64,000 bases of DNA, taken from positions 998-64,997 of the forward strand of contig JAUYOL010000043.1 in the NCBI GenBank assembly GCA_030695905.1. The letters run 5' to 3'. The position numbers and the translations under genes were made by a program. Shown piece by piece: positions 18,794 to 27,202 of the stretch. This DNA comes from Candidatus Omnitrophota bacterium. Lineage in GTDB: Bacteria > Omnitrophota > Gorgyraeia > 2-01-FULL-45-10. Below the pieces are notes generated by a model, which did no database searches, had not been told where the DNA came from, and saw only the letters and a list, made by a program, of their open reading frames with translations. Each line of letters starts with the position of its first letter. Position 1 is the first letter of the stretch.

Positions 18794-19837
18794 ATGTTTT
18801 ATAAAGATATCAACCTGTCGGATCTTGTAAATCTTGCCGAGTGGCAGAAAATACAGGATTCTTTTTCCGAAGTCCTCGAAGTTACATTAAGAACGATCTC
18901 TCTGGATGGCAAACTTCTCTCGCGTATAAGCCGTCCTTCCAGATACTGCACCGAAATACTCCCAAAATTTACAAATCTCAATAATATCTGCGGTGATAAC
19001 GCATCTGCCGGTGCCGCAAAAAAACTTTCCCAGATAGTTCAAGACGGAGGGAATTTTAAACTGCCTTTTGGCATAGATGTGTCTATCATTCCCATTAAAG
19101 CGATCGGCAATAAAGACGTAGCTTATATTATGGTGGGCCCGCTTATACTTAAAAGCCGCAAGGCGGAGTCAGAATACGCGGAAGAAGCTAAAAAAGCGGG
19201 GATCGATCCCGATACATTGATGGATGTGCTCATAGATATAAATGTCTTTTCCTATAATAAAGTTCACTCTATGACAAGCCTGATAAAAGATATATTTTCA
19301 CATATGGCACAAACGGAATATCATAAGAAGAGATTGGGGGAGATAGCTCCAGAGGTAGTAGAATTAGACCCTCTATTTTCAAAATATTATGAAGAGAAGA
19401 TATTAAGAGCTATGCTTAAGACGTGTTCTTTAGTTCTTAACGCGGACTCTGGTTCTATAATGACAGTTGATAAGGACACCAAAACTTTGCATATAAAAGC
19501 CGCTTCAAAGCTTGATAGTAAGATAATCAATAGTACAAGCATAAAAATAGGGGAGGGGATAGCCGGAATTGCGGTGGCCACTGCCATGCCCATAATATTG
19601 CCTAAGGATAAGGATAAGAACGGTATTTCAGATAAGATGAAAAGAAGCGGTATAAAGTCCTCTATGATAGTGCCATTTAATAAAGGCAGCGACCACGACG
19701 TCTATGGTGTTATCAATCTTAATATTACGCGAAAGAGCGCAGGTTTTTCTGAAAAAGATATCAATTTAGTAAAAGAGCTGGTCAATATGACCAGCATCGC
19801 GTTAATTCCGCTGTATAAAAAACCTTCAACTCAGTAA
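18794..19837 (+). CDS. PocR-like sensor domain plus GAF domain protein
   Basis: The N-terminal region has a PocR-like pattern (IQDSFSEV...ISLDGKLLS...SRYCTEI...ICGDNAS). The C-terminal region is GAF-like (IKIGEGIAGIAVATAMPIIL...VYGVINLN). Confidence 0.45.
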   Translation: MFYKDINLSDLVNLAEWQKIQDSFSEVLEVTLRTISLDGKLLSRISRPSRYCTEILPKFTNLNNICGDNASAGAAKKLSQIVQDGGNFKLPFGIDVSIIPIKAIGNKDVAYIMVGPLILKSRKAESEYAEEAKKAGIDPDTLMDVLIDINVFSYNKVHSMTSLIKDIFSHMAQTEYHKKRLGEIAPEVVELDPLFSKYYEEKILRAMLKTCSLVLNADSGSIMTVDKDTKTLHIKAASKLDSKIINSTSIKIGEGIAGIAVATAMPIILPKDKDKNGISDKMKRSGIKSSMIVPFNKGSDHDVYGVINLNITRKSAGFSEKDINLVKELVNMTSIALIPLYKKPSTQ

Positions 19838-20247
19838 GAAATAATTCCTTTCTTTTCCATCTCTTTTATCTCTTCTTCAGATGGGAGTTTTGGCTCTTTT
19901 CTGGGAATGGGACCGACAGCTAATTGTTTGGAGGCCTCTAATGCTTTTTGCTGCGCAAAAGCCTCGGCTCTATTAACGTTTCTGGTATGTTCCGCTTCCA
20001 ATTCCCGCTCAGCTGCTATTTTCCGTCTTTCTTCTAATTTCTCCATATCCTGGGTAGGGCGTATCGTGGTTGCAGTTGGTATGGCATATTCCATCTGCTG
20101 TATTTGCTCTGCCGGAGGCTTCTCTTTGGGCTCTGACAAATACGGAGCTACATTACGTAAGAAAAGCATGTTAGTGACCAGTAGCATCACTATTGTAAAA
20201 AGAGCTATTATGAGAGCGGCTATGATGACGATTTTTTTTATTTTCAT
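19831..20247 (-). CDS. Small bitopic membrane protein with a charged coiled-coil tail, last gene of the pilin-like operon
   Basis: N-terminal TM IVIIAALIIALFTIVMLLV followed by an E/K/R-rich helix. Confidence 0.35.
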   Translation of the reverse strand: MKIKKIVIIAALIIALFTIVMLLVTNMLFLRNVAPYLSEPKEKPPAEQIQQMEYAIPTATTIRPTQDMEKLEERRKIAAERELEAEHTRNVNRAEAFAQQKALEASKQLAVGPIPRKEPKLPSEEEIKEMEKKGIISY

Positions 20248-20266
20248 CGCGCTATTCCTATTGCTT

Positions 20267-21532
20267 TTAAGTTTCTGCCCACAAAATCTTTAGATATACT
20301 ATTCTATTGTTCGAATCCCTGGCAGGAGGGAAAAACGCGGGCGCGGAATCTTCAAATCTCTGATCGTAATTATAATCTTTCGTATAGCCGCTGACCTTTT
20401 GGCCAGTGCTCGCGTTGAATGTTCCTACCGCGCCTCTTTCGTCCTGTGTTATTCCGCCAAATAATGTCAACGTGCCCTTAACTACCGAAGTATAATTTTC
20501 CAGATAGAACGATTTATTTAGTGCGAGTATATATCCGTCTATCTCAAGATTATATGGTGCGGCGGAATCAATAACAACGTTGTTTCCGGAAACAATACCG
20601 AATATGTCGGTGCTTGACGGGTTGGTCCTGGGGTCATTAGCATATAAAATATTGCCTGTAATATAAATATTTTTACCGGTACCCTGGTTTCCTACGGTAA
20701 GTTGGCCGGACAATATACCGGAAATGTTTAAGTCGCCATTGTTGACAAAAAGCGCCCCGCTTGGCGGCACCGGCACATTATAGTTATCCCAATCTTTATC
20801 GGCATTTGTTACATTCATTGTGCCGTTTGACAAAAGCGTTACGGTTGAATCGCCTATTAGATATAACCCGTTGCTTTGTTGCGCGGAAGCGCTTAAACTG
20901 CTTAAGATGTCCGCCGATGTCGGCAGTCTTATATTAGGCGCGCCCAGGGTTAGCGATTCTCTGAAGTCCGGATTATCCAATGGAGGCGGCCCATGATAGT
21001 AATGTATGGAAGTGCTCACACTGCTGACCGGCCCCTCAAAGGTGGGGTCATCTATTATATTTAATTGGCCGTTGGTATGCATAGGGCCTCTTATAGCATC
21101 GCCGCCTATAAACCATATGCGGGATCCGCTGCGTATTTCCGTATCTGTTAGATAAATGTATCTGGAGTAGGACATCGCTCGGACTGTAAGCGATAGTGTT
21201 TTTGTTGAATTCTTGTAGGTTCCGGTGGAAGTTAATACATAGGTAGGGAAGACGCCGCCGCCGGTTTGGCTCACTATTACATTAAATGTTCCTGTGTTGC
21301 CGGAAGAAAGAGTGATCGTTCCGCCAGTGCCCATTGTGCTGCCTGAGCGTAACTCCACAAATTTCTTAGCCAGGCCTGCCTCCGCAAGATAGTAAGCGCG
21401 TATACCATCGGTTGCTCTGGCTGCCAGGGACAGATCTCCGGATGCTATAGCAGCCAGGCCTATTATTATAGCAAGAATTATCATTGCTATAACCAGCGCG
21501 AATATAAGGGCAAATCCTTCTCTTGTTTTCAT
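20267..21532 (-). CDS. PilX-N-domain minor pilin-like protein with a C-terminal Gly/Asn/Thr-rich beta-helix-like domain
   Basis: The N-terminus REGFALIFALVIAMIILAIIIGLAAIASGDLSLAARATDGIRAYYLAEAGL matches the PilX_N/GspK-like pattern. The C-terminal half contains parallel beta-helix-like repeats (NIYITGNILYANDPR, NVVIDSAAPYNLEIDGYILALN). Confidence 0.5.
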   Translation of the reverse strand: MKTREGFALIFALVIAMIILAIIIGLAAIASGDLSLAARATDGIRAYYLAEAGLAKKFVELRSGSTMGTGGTITLSSGNTGTFNVIVSQTGGGVFPTYVLTSTGTYKNSTKTLSLTVRAMSYSRYIYLTDTEIRSGSRIWFIGGDAIRGPMHTNGQLNIIDDPTFEGPVSSVSTSIHYYHGPPPLDNPDFRESLTLGAPNIRLPTSADILSSLSASAQQSNGLYLIGDSTVTLLSNGTMNVTNADKDWDNYNVPVPPSGALFVNNGDLNISGILSGQLTVGNQGTGKNIYITGNILYANDPRTNPSSTDIFGIVSGNNVVIDSAAPYNLEIDGYILALNKSFYLENYTSVVKGTLTLFGGITQDERGAVGTFNASTGQKVSGYTKDYNYDQRFEDSAPAFFPPARDSNNRIVYLKILWAET

Positions 21533-21539
21533 ATCTTCT

Positions 21540-22076
21540 TTATTTTGGAGTATTCCTTAAATTGACGTTTGTAGTGACAGACCCCACAGAGCTTCTACCG
21601 CCCCTTTGTTGCAACACAGAAACATAAATCGTGACCAATTGTTCATCGGCTGAAGGTTCGCTGAAGGTTAAGGTTACATTTGAATTTCCAGGTGGTGTGT
21701 ATATGACTTTCTGTGTCGGATTTTGCGTGGGGCTTTCATAGACTATAGTGTTATTGGTTAGAAAAAATTTTCTGACAATCGGGGGGTCATCGCCAGGTTG
21801 TATAAATTGTATCTCGGTGCTGGGCATGGCCGGGGTAGTGCTGGAGGGAGCCCCTGAGCGTAAGCCGAATGTTCCGGCCGGCTCTTTTACTCCACGGATC
21901 ATAGTAGCGAGTGCAATATTGATATCACGTTGAAGATTGTAAGTTGCAATACTGTCTGAATAGGCATTCTGGGTCAGCATAAAAGCGCCTATGGCGGAAA
22001 TGAATAAGAAGACAACAATAACGCTTGCTATAAGAAGCTCTGTTAAACTATGCGCTTTTCTACTCGTGATTATCAT
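21540..22076 (-). CDS. Type IV pilin-like / pseudopilin protein (atypical prepilin leader)
   Basis: RKAHSLTELLIASVIVVFLFISAIGAF contains a hydrophobic helix with Glu at +5 relative to a possible A|H cleavage site. Confidence 0.45.
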   Translation of the reverse strand: MIITSRKAHSLTELLIASVIVVFLFISAIGAFMLTQNAYSDSIATYNLQRDINIALATMIRGVKEPAGTFGLRSGAPSSTTPAMPSTEIQFIQPGDDPPIVRKFFLTNNTIVYESPTQNPTQKVIYTPPGNSNVTLTFSEPSADEQLVTIYVSVLQQRGGRSSVGSVTTNVNLRNTPK

Positions 22077-22080
22077 TTTC

Positions 22081-22506
22081 TTAATTTATCTGAGGTTCGT
22101 TGGCTATATATGTTCCTACATACTCACGCATGGTTCTGTTCGTACCGAATAGTATCTCGCTCCACTGCATTTCAACAATGACGCTCTTATAATAGCCGAG
22201 GTCCCCGGAAACAGTAACAATTCGCCTGCCTTTGAAATCATCGGCTGTATTATTGGGCGTGCCCCTGGTATCTATTGATACGCCATTGATGTTACTGCTT
22301 AGTATATTGGCAAAAGGTAATTTTCGCAATCTTTCTATTTCTTGCTGGGCGGCATATGCGGCTTGCGTTTTGTGTTTGGCATAGGAGGCGCTATATTTGC
22401 CTACGATAAGGGTATTTACGGCGCTTAGCCATATGATGATGAGGATGAATATGCTGACGACGGCCTCTGTCAGCGTGAAACTTTTACGGGAGAAGAGTTT
22501 CATCAT
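22081..22506 (-). CDS. Type IV pilin-like / pseudopilin protein
   Basis: MMKLFSRKSFTLTEAVVSIFILIIIWLSAV contains a prepilin-like S|FTLTE with Glu at +5. It is the first gene of a four-gene operon. Confidence 0.5.
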   Translation of the reverse strand: MMKLFSRKSFTLTEAVVSIFILIIIWLSAVNTLIVGKYSASYAKHKTQAAYAAQQEIERLRKLPFANILSSNINGVSIDTRGTPNNTADDFKGRRIVTVSGDLGYYKSVIVEMQWSEILFGTNRTMREYVGTYIANEPQIN

Positions 22507-22512
22507 GCAGTG

Positions 22513-22541
22513 ATTATACACACGGGCAGATATGAATGCAA
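22513..22541 (-). promoter_or_regulatory. Sigma-70-type promoter TTGCAT-17-TATAAT placing the TSS at the ATG of the pilin-like gene (a leaderless mRNA)
   Basis: On the - strand the sequence reads TTGCATtcatatctgcccgtgtgTATAATcactgcATG. The -10 element ends 6 nt before ATG 22506. Confidence 0.35.
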
Positions 22542-22548
22542 GAAAAAA

Positions 22549-22577
22549 TTGACAAGCGGATTATCAAAGTGTATATT
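22549..22577 (+). promoter_or_regulatory. Sigma-70-type promoter TTGACA-17-TATATT for the DUF134 gene
   Basis: Perfect -35 element, 17-nt spacer, TATATT -10 element, about 55 nt upstream of ATG 22636. Confidence 0.4.
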
Positions 22578-22635
22578 ATGGGTATATACTCAAAACATAA
22601 CCTGTGAATAATTTTTATAAAATAGGTATTTAGAT

Positions 22636-22938
22636 ATGTCCGGCAGGCCGAAAATACATAGGATCGTTAGCAGAGAACCCAATACGAAACAGTTTAGTCC
22701 GCGGGGGACAAGGGGCAGGCCGGGCTATAATCAATTAAAGGTTGAGGAACTTGAAGCAATAAGGTTGTCAGACCATATGGGCTTAAAACAGGCCGAGGCG
22801 GCCAAGTGCATGGGGATAAGCCAACAGACATTCTCAAGGATATTAAGAAACGCCAGGAAATGCCTGGCAGAAGCCCTGGTTTTGGGCCATATCATAAAGG
22901 TTAATGGGGGAGTCTTCAAAATTGAGAAATGGACCTAA
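22636..22938 (+). CDS. DUF134/UPF0251-family predicted DNA-binding protein (sigma-70 region-4-like HTH)
   Basis: Family pattern FSPRG...L..EELEAIRLSDHMGLKQAEAAKCMGISQQTFSRILRNARKCLAEAL...GG. Confidence 0.6.
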   Translation: MSGRPKIHRIVSREPNTKQFSPRGTRGRPGYNQLKVEELEAIRLSDHMGLKQAEAAKCMGISQQTFSRILRNARKCLAEALVLGHIIKVNGGVFKIEKWT

Positions 22939-23065
22939 AATAGCTATCCTGGCAATTCTTTTAGTAGTTACTGCAACTGCATTGACAGGTTGCGTGTCAA
23001 TTCCGATCCCAAGTTCAATTCCGCTACCAAGCCAGATCCCTATAGTTAACTGGTTTCTAGTATAA
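22904..23065 (+). CDS. Tiny putative lipoprotein (53 aa) with a Pro-rich mature peptide, overlapping the DUF134 gene end
   Basis: ATG 22904 in another frame gives MGESSKLRNGPKIAILAILLVVTATALTGCVSIPIPSSIPLPSQIPIVNWFLV. It has a classic signal peptide and LTGC lipobox. It is too short for the ORF track. Confidence 0.3.
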   Translation: MGESSKLRNGPKIAILAILLVVTATALTGCVSIPIPSSIPLPSQIPIVNWFLV

Positions 23066-23158
23066 GCATACCCATAAAGACCGTTATAAATCCATTCTTG
23101 GCCCAATAGAGAACGTCCTATAATATATCTTATGTTAACTTGGCCTATTGAAAGTAAT

Positions 23159-23177
23159 AGCCACAAGTATCTGTGGC
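23159..23177. terminator. Hairpin GCCACA-agtatc-TGTGGC between convergent genes (candidate bidirectional terminator)
   Basis: Perfect 6-bp inverted repeat with T/A-rich flanks on both strands. It lies between the lipoprotein/DUF134 unit (+) and rluB-like gene (-). Confidence 0.3.
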
Positions 23178-23231
23178 TCAATGTGTTATATTATAATGTA
23201 AATTATATGTGGATAACTACTAATTCTACTT

Positions 23232-23981
23232 CTATTTGATAAGTTTGGATATTCTTGGCGGAGCTTCTTTTAATTCTAACCACTTTCCTGGCTTTAGCGA
23301 TCCAAGCTCAAATGGTCCGAACCGGGTCCTTATAAGACGTTTTACAGGCCTATTTAATGCCCCAAATAGGCGCCGTATTTCACGATTTTTACCTCCCCTG
23401 AGGCTTATCTCAACCCAAGTGAAATCATCGTTTTTAGATAGTATCCTTAGGCCTGTAGGCTGTGTTTTTTCACCGCGGCCGATATCTAAGCCCATTTTTA
23501 GGATATCCTTGATTTCACTGTCCATAATCTGGCCCATTATTTGAACCTCATAAGTGCGGCTGATTTCATAATGCGGATCTGTAAGCAGATTGCCGAATTT
23601 AGTATCGTTTGTGAATATTAATAAGCCTTCAGAGTCTAAGTCCAGGCGGCCTACCGGAAACATCCACCCATCCACATCATTAAGAAACTCATAAACCGTG
23701 GGCCTGTTAAGCTCATCTTTGCGGGTAGTTACATAGCCGGCAGGCTTATGTAATAAAATATACCTTTTTTTGGCTCTTGAAATAGGCTTTTCGTTTACCA
23801 GTATTTTATCGGAATTTCTTATTATGCGGCCAGGGTCGGTGACAGTTTTTCCATTTATTTTTACCTTCCCCGCCATTACAAGCCCAAGCGCTTGTTTTCT
23901 TGAGCAAAAACCCGACTTTGATATTGTTCGGATTATATTCTTTGATAGGCTTTTTTTGTGGTGCTTACTGCGGCTATTCAT
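23232..23981 (-). CDS. rluB: rRNA pseudouridine synthase, RsuA/RluB family, with N-terminal S4 domain
   Basis: S4-like N-terminus (SKNIIRTISKSGFCSRKQALGLVMAGKVKING). Catalytic motif PVGRLDLDSEGLLIFTND. Confidence 0.7.
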   Translation of the reverse strand: MNSRSKHHKKSLSKNIIRTISKSGFCSRKQALGLVMAGKVKINGKTVTDPGRIIRNSDKILVNEKPISRAKKRYILLHKPAGYVTTRKDELNRPTVYEFLNDVDGWMFPVGRLDLDSEGLLIFTNDTKFGNLLTDPHYEISRTYEVQIMGQIMDSEIKDILKMGLDIGRGEKTQPTGLRILSKNDDFTWVEISLRGGKNREIRRLFGALNRPVKRLIRTRFGPFELGSLKPGKWLELKEAPPRISKLIK

Positions 23982-24062
23982 CGCTTTTATTGTGTTATTT
24001 TCACTATTTTGCCTCTCCCCCGCCCGTTTTTACCCCCTCCCCCGGTATGAAAATGTGAGTTT

Positions 24063-25058
24063 TTATAGGGATTTTATCGCGGTTAATGCAATATAGGCTA
24101 ATGCGGAAATTATCGCGGAACACGGTATTGTAAGAACCCAGGCCCATATTATCCGACCTGCTACTCCCCACTTGACCGCACTCATTCGTTTAAGGGAGCC
24201 TATGCCCATAATGGCTCCGGTAATGGTATGGGTCGTGCTTACAGGAATGCCGAATGCGGATGACATAAATAGCGTAGCGGCTGCCCCTGATTCGGCGCAG
24301 AATCCATCTACAGGTTTAAGTTTTGCGACTTTTTGTCCCATCGTTTTTACTATACGCCACCCGCCAAACATTGTGCCAAGCGCTATTGCGGTATGACATA
24401 TTATGACTACCCAAAAAGGTATATGAAATGTGGTCCCTAACACACCCGCGCTAAAAAGGAGGCTTGCGATAATTCCCATCGTCTTTTGCGCATCATTTCC
24501 GCCATGACCAAGGCTATACAGTGCCGCGGAAAATAATTGACCTTTCCTAAATATATGATCAACTTGCGATGGAACGCTTTTTCGGAATATCCAGTAAACG
24601 AGTATGCCGAATACCAGGCCTAAAATAAGCCCCAAGACTGGGGATATTACTATAAATATCGCAGTTTTTATAATACCGTTCCAGACTAAAGATGAGCTCC
24701 CTGCCTTTACTAAAGCGGATCCTATCATACCGCCTATGAGAGCATGCGATGAGCTTGTGGGTAGGCCAAGGTACCATGTGATAATGTTCCAGCCGCATGC
24801 GCCAACAAGCGTGCCGAATATTATGTTGTTATCTACTATGGCTATGTCTATAATCCCCTTGCCTATAGTGTTTGCAACGTGAAGACCGAAGAATAGGAAT
24901 GCTACAAAATTAAAGAACGCGGCCCATATGACCGCATATCGCGGTGACAATACACGCGTGGAAACTATAGTGGCTATGGAATTGGCTGAATCATGAAAAC
25001 CATTCAAGAAGTCAAATAGGAGGGCTAAAAAAATCAGGAATAATACGGCAAGTGTCAT
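24063..25058 (-). CDS. pit: Inorganic phosphate transporter, PiT family
   Basis: Multi-TM protein. Motifs NGFHDSANSIAT and GHGGNDAQKTMGII are the duplicated PHO4 signature. Confidence 0.75.
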   Translation of the reverse strand: MTLAVLFLIFLALLFDFLNGFHDSANSIATIVSTRVLSPRYAVIWAAFFNFVAFLFFGLHVANTIGKGIIDIAIVDNNIIFGTLVGACGWNIITWYLGLPTSSSHALIGGMIGSALVKAGSSSLVWNGIIKTAIFIVISPVLGLILGLVFGILVYWIFRKSVPSQVDHIFRKGQLFSAALYSLGHGGNDAQKTMGIIASLLFSAGVLGTTFHIPFWVVIICHTAIALGTMFGGWRIVKTMGQKVAKLKPVDGFCAESGAAATLFMSSAFGIPVSTTHTITGAIMGIGSLKRMSAVKWGVAGRIIWAWVLTIPCSAIISALAYIALTAIKSL

Positions 25059-25064
25059 TATTAT

Positions 25065-25691
25065 TTATGCTTGTTTTACAAGTATATTCTGCACTATATG
25101 TGCGACGTCTTCACAGATGTCGAGAACCGTTTCAGCGTCTTGATATATATCTTTCCACTTTATTAAAGCTATTGGGTCTTTTTCAGTCTCAAAAAGTTTT
25201 GCAAGCATCTGATCCCTCATAGAATCACCAACATTTTCAAGACGATTGACCTCAACGCAGGATTCCGTAACGGATCTCATATTTTTTGCATTACGCAAAC
25301 CTTTTATAGCGCATTCCACCGCGCGAACCGATTCGTCTATTACCGAAGCGAATTCTATCAGATTTTTATTTCCGCCGGTTACGTTATAGACTCTTAACCG
25401 GTTTATGATCGTGTAAAGCATGTCAATAATATCATCAAGCTCTTTTGCGAGCGCATGAATATCTTCACGGTCAAACGGCGTGATGAATGTCTTGTTAAGG
25501 CGTTCCAGTATTTCATGAGTTACTTCGTCGCCGTCGTGCTCCAGTTGGTGCATCTTCTCCAGGGATTTTTCATCAATGATATTTTGAGATACTAGTTCTT
25601 TGAAGCAACCGGCGGCTTCTACCGCATAGTGGGCCTGTTTTTCGAAAAGGTCAAAAAAATTAAAATCTTTTGGCAGGAACTTAAAAAACAT
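25065..25691 (-). CDS. DUF47/PhoU-like Pit accessory protein
   Basis: About 208 aa, helical. Its N-terminus FLPKDFNFFDLFEKQAHYAVEAAGCFKELV is typical of Pit-associated DUF47 proteins. RBS GAGGAG. Lies directly upstream of pit. Confidence 0.6.
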   Translation of the reverse strand: MFFKFLPKDFNFFDLFEKQAHYAVEAAGCFKELVSQNIIDEKSLEKMHQLEHDGDEVTHEILERLNKTFITPFDREDIHALAKELDDIIDMLYTIINRLRVYNVTGGNKNLIEFASVIDESVRAVECAIKGLRNAKNMRSVTESCVEVNRLENVGDSMRDQMLAKLFETEKDPIALIKWKDIYQDAETVLDICEDVAHIVQNILVKQA

Positions 25692-25774
25692 ATTGCTCTC
25701 CTCGATGATATTGTTAGTGAAATATAAATTACATTATCATTATAGGGAGCAAAATATGCGGTGTCAAGGTATTA

Positions 25775-26437
25775 TTAGTTTGAAAGCGTTTTTTTTCTAC
25801 TCTTTTCTTTGCGCGCTCTCCAGAATTCTATAAATACCGGCATTGCAGAAACAACCATTATGCCTAATATCGCCAGCGTGAAGTTATTTTTGATAACAGG
25901 CGCATTTCCGAAAAAGTATCCGCATGCTAAAAATATCGCAACCCATAAAAATCCACCTACTACGTTGTAAATAATGAATTTAAGATAACTCATACTTCCT
26001 ATGCCTGCGACGAAAGGGGCGAAAGTTCTTACTATAGGAATAAACCTCGCTAATATTATGGTCTTGCCACCGTATTTTTCAAAGAAGCGGTGGGTCTTGT
26101 CTATGTGTTCAGGTTTCAAAAAACGCCCATGGCCATATTTTAATATCTCATGTCCTAAAAATTTTCCTACTGCATAGTTTACGGTGTCTCCGATAACGGC
26201 GGCGCTTACAAGAACCGCAAAAAGCCACCATGGATTGAATATTTCCATTGCCGCAAGAGTACCTACGGCAAAAATAAGCGAATCTCCGGGAAGAAAAGGT
26301 GTTATTACAAGTCCTGTTTCGGCAAATATTATAAGGAATAGGAATAGGTATACCCAGTTACCGTAATTTTGAACGATTATACCGAGGTATCTGTCGAAGT
26401 GAAAAATTGTTTCTACTATATTTACGATGTATTCCAT
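25775..26437 (-). CDS. DedA-family (SNARE-associated) membrane protein
   Basis: Motif LIIFAETGLVITPFLPGDSLIFAVG and the downstream G-rich TM segments typical of DedA. Confidence 0.7.
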   Translation of the reverse strand: MEYIVNIVETIFHFDRYLGIIVQNYGNWVYLFLFLIIFAETGLVITPFLPGDSLIFAVGTLAAMEIFNPWWLFAVLVSAAVIGDTVNYAVGKFLGHEILKYGHGRFLKPEHIDKTHRFFEKYGGKTIILARFIPIVRTFAPFVAGIGSMSYLKFIIYNVVGGFLWVAIFLACGYFFGNAPVIKNNFTLAILGIMVVSAMPVFIEFWRARKEKSRKKTLSN

Positions 26438-26505
26438 ATTTTTTAGTTCCTAAATATTATGTGATAGGTGTAGCGTATCACAACCAACATTTTTGTCAAT
26501 AAGGA

Positions 26506-27174
26506 TTATCTTAATTTTTCCGGATGATGTTTAACAACTTCCGCCTCGACCATGTAAATTACATCCTCGGCTATATTTGTGGCATGGTCACATATGCGTT
26601 CCAGGAATCTGGCAATCAGTAGGAGCTGTACAGCCAGCGGGCTTGTGGAGCCATCCTTTACCATGTAGTCCTCTATTAGTTCTTTTTGTATAAGATTGCG
26701 TAGTTTGTCAGCTTCGGGGTCTGATAGCATGACATTCTTTGCCATATTGACATCGCCCCTTATGAAAGAGTCTATCGCGGCCTTCACCATGTTTTGAGCA
26801 ATAGCGGCAAGCTTAGGCAGGTCCACCAGGGGCTTTAATAGAGGCTTATCTACGATCTCGAGAGCACGCTGTGCTATATCTACAGCTATATCCGCAATGC
26901 GCTCAAGTTCAGTATTTAGCTTCATTCCGGTTGTAATGAATCTAAGGTCTTTGGCCATAGGTTGATATCTTGCGATCAGATCTATGCATTTTTCATCTAT
27001 TGACAGCTCGAGTTCGTCTATTTTTACGTCATTTTCAATGACGCTTTTTGCGGCGTTGGTATCCCGGTTTTTAAGCGCCTCAAATGCCTTATATATAGCT
27101 TCTTCGGCAAATGCCCCCATTCTTAAGATGTCTTTATTTAAATCTTTTAACGCTTCGTCGAAATGCCTTTCCAT
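26506..27174 (-). CDS. phoU: Phosphate signalling complex protein PhoU
   Basis: Two PhoU repeats (DELELSIDEKCIDLIARYQPMAKDLRFI and ERICDHATNIAEDVIYMVEAE). Start set at MERHF, which has RBS GGAAGAGG; the ORF track began 12 codons earlier. Confidence 0.75.
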   Translation of the reverse strand: MERHFDEALKDLNKDILRMGAFAEEAIYKAFEALKNRDTNAAKSVIENDVKIDELELSIDEKCIDLIARYQPMAKDLRFITTGMKLNTELERIADIAVDIAQRALEIVDKPLLKPLVDLPKLAAIAQNMVKAAIDSFIRGDVNMAKNVMLSDPEADKLRNLIQKELIEDYMVKDGSTSPLAVQLLLIARFLERICDHATNIAEDVIYMVEAEVVKHHPEKLR

Positions 27175-27202
27175 TTTACACCTCTTCCCTTCCCTTTTTG
27201 TT

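Noticed and set aside
22843-23181. 112-aa - strand ORF spanning the DUF134/lipoprotein region and spacer
   Set aside because: It overlaps two better-supported + strand frames and the hairpin terminator. It has no RBS and an implausible composition.
26458-26480. Hairpin TGTGATA-N9-TATCACA downstream of phoU as a terminator
   Set aside because: A 7-bp AT-rich stem without a clear U-tract on the - strand. It could equally be a protein-binding palindrome in the dedA promoter region. Evidence is insufficient.
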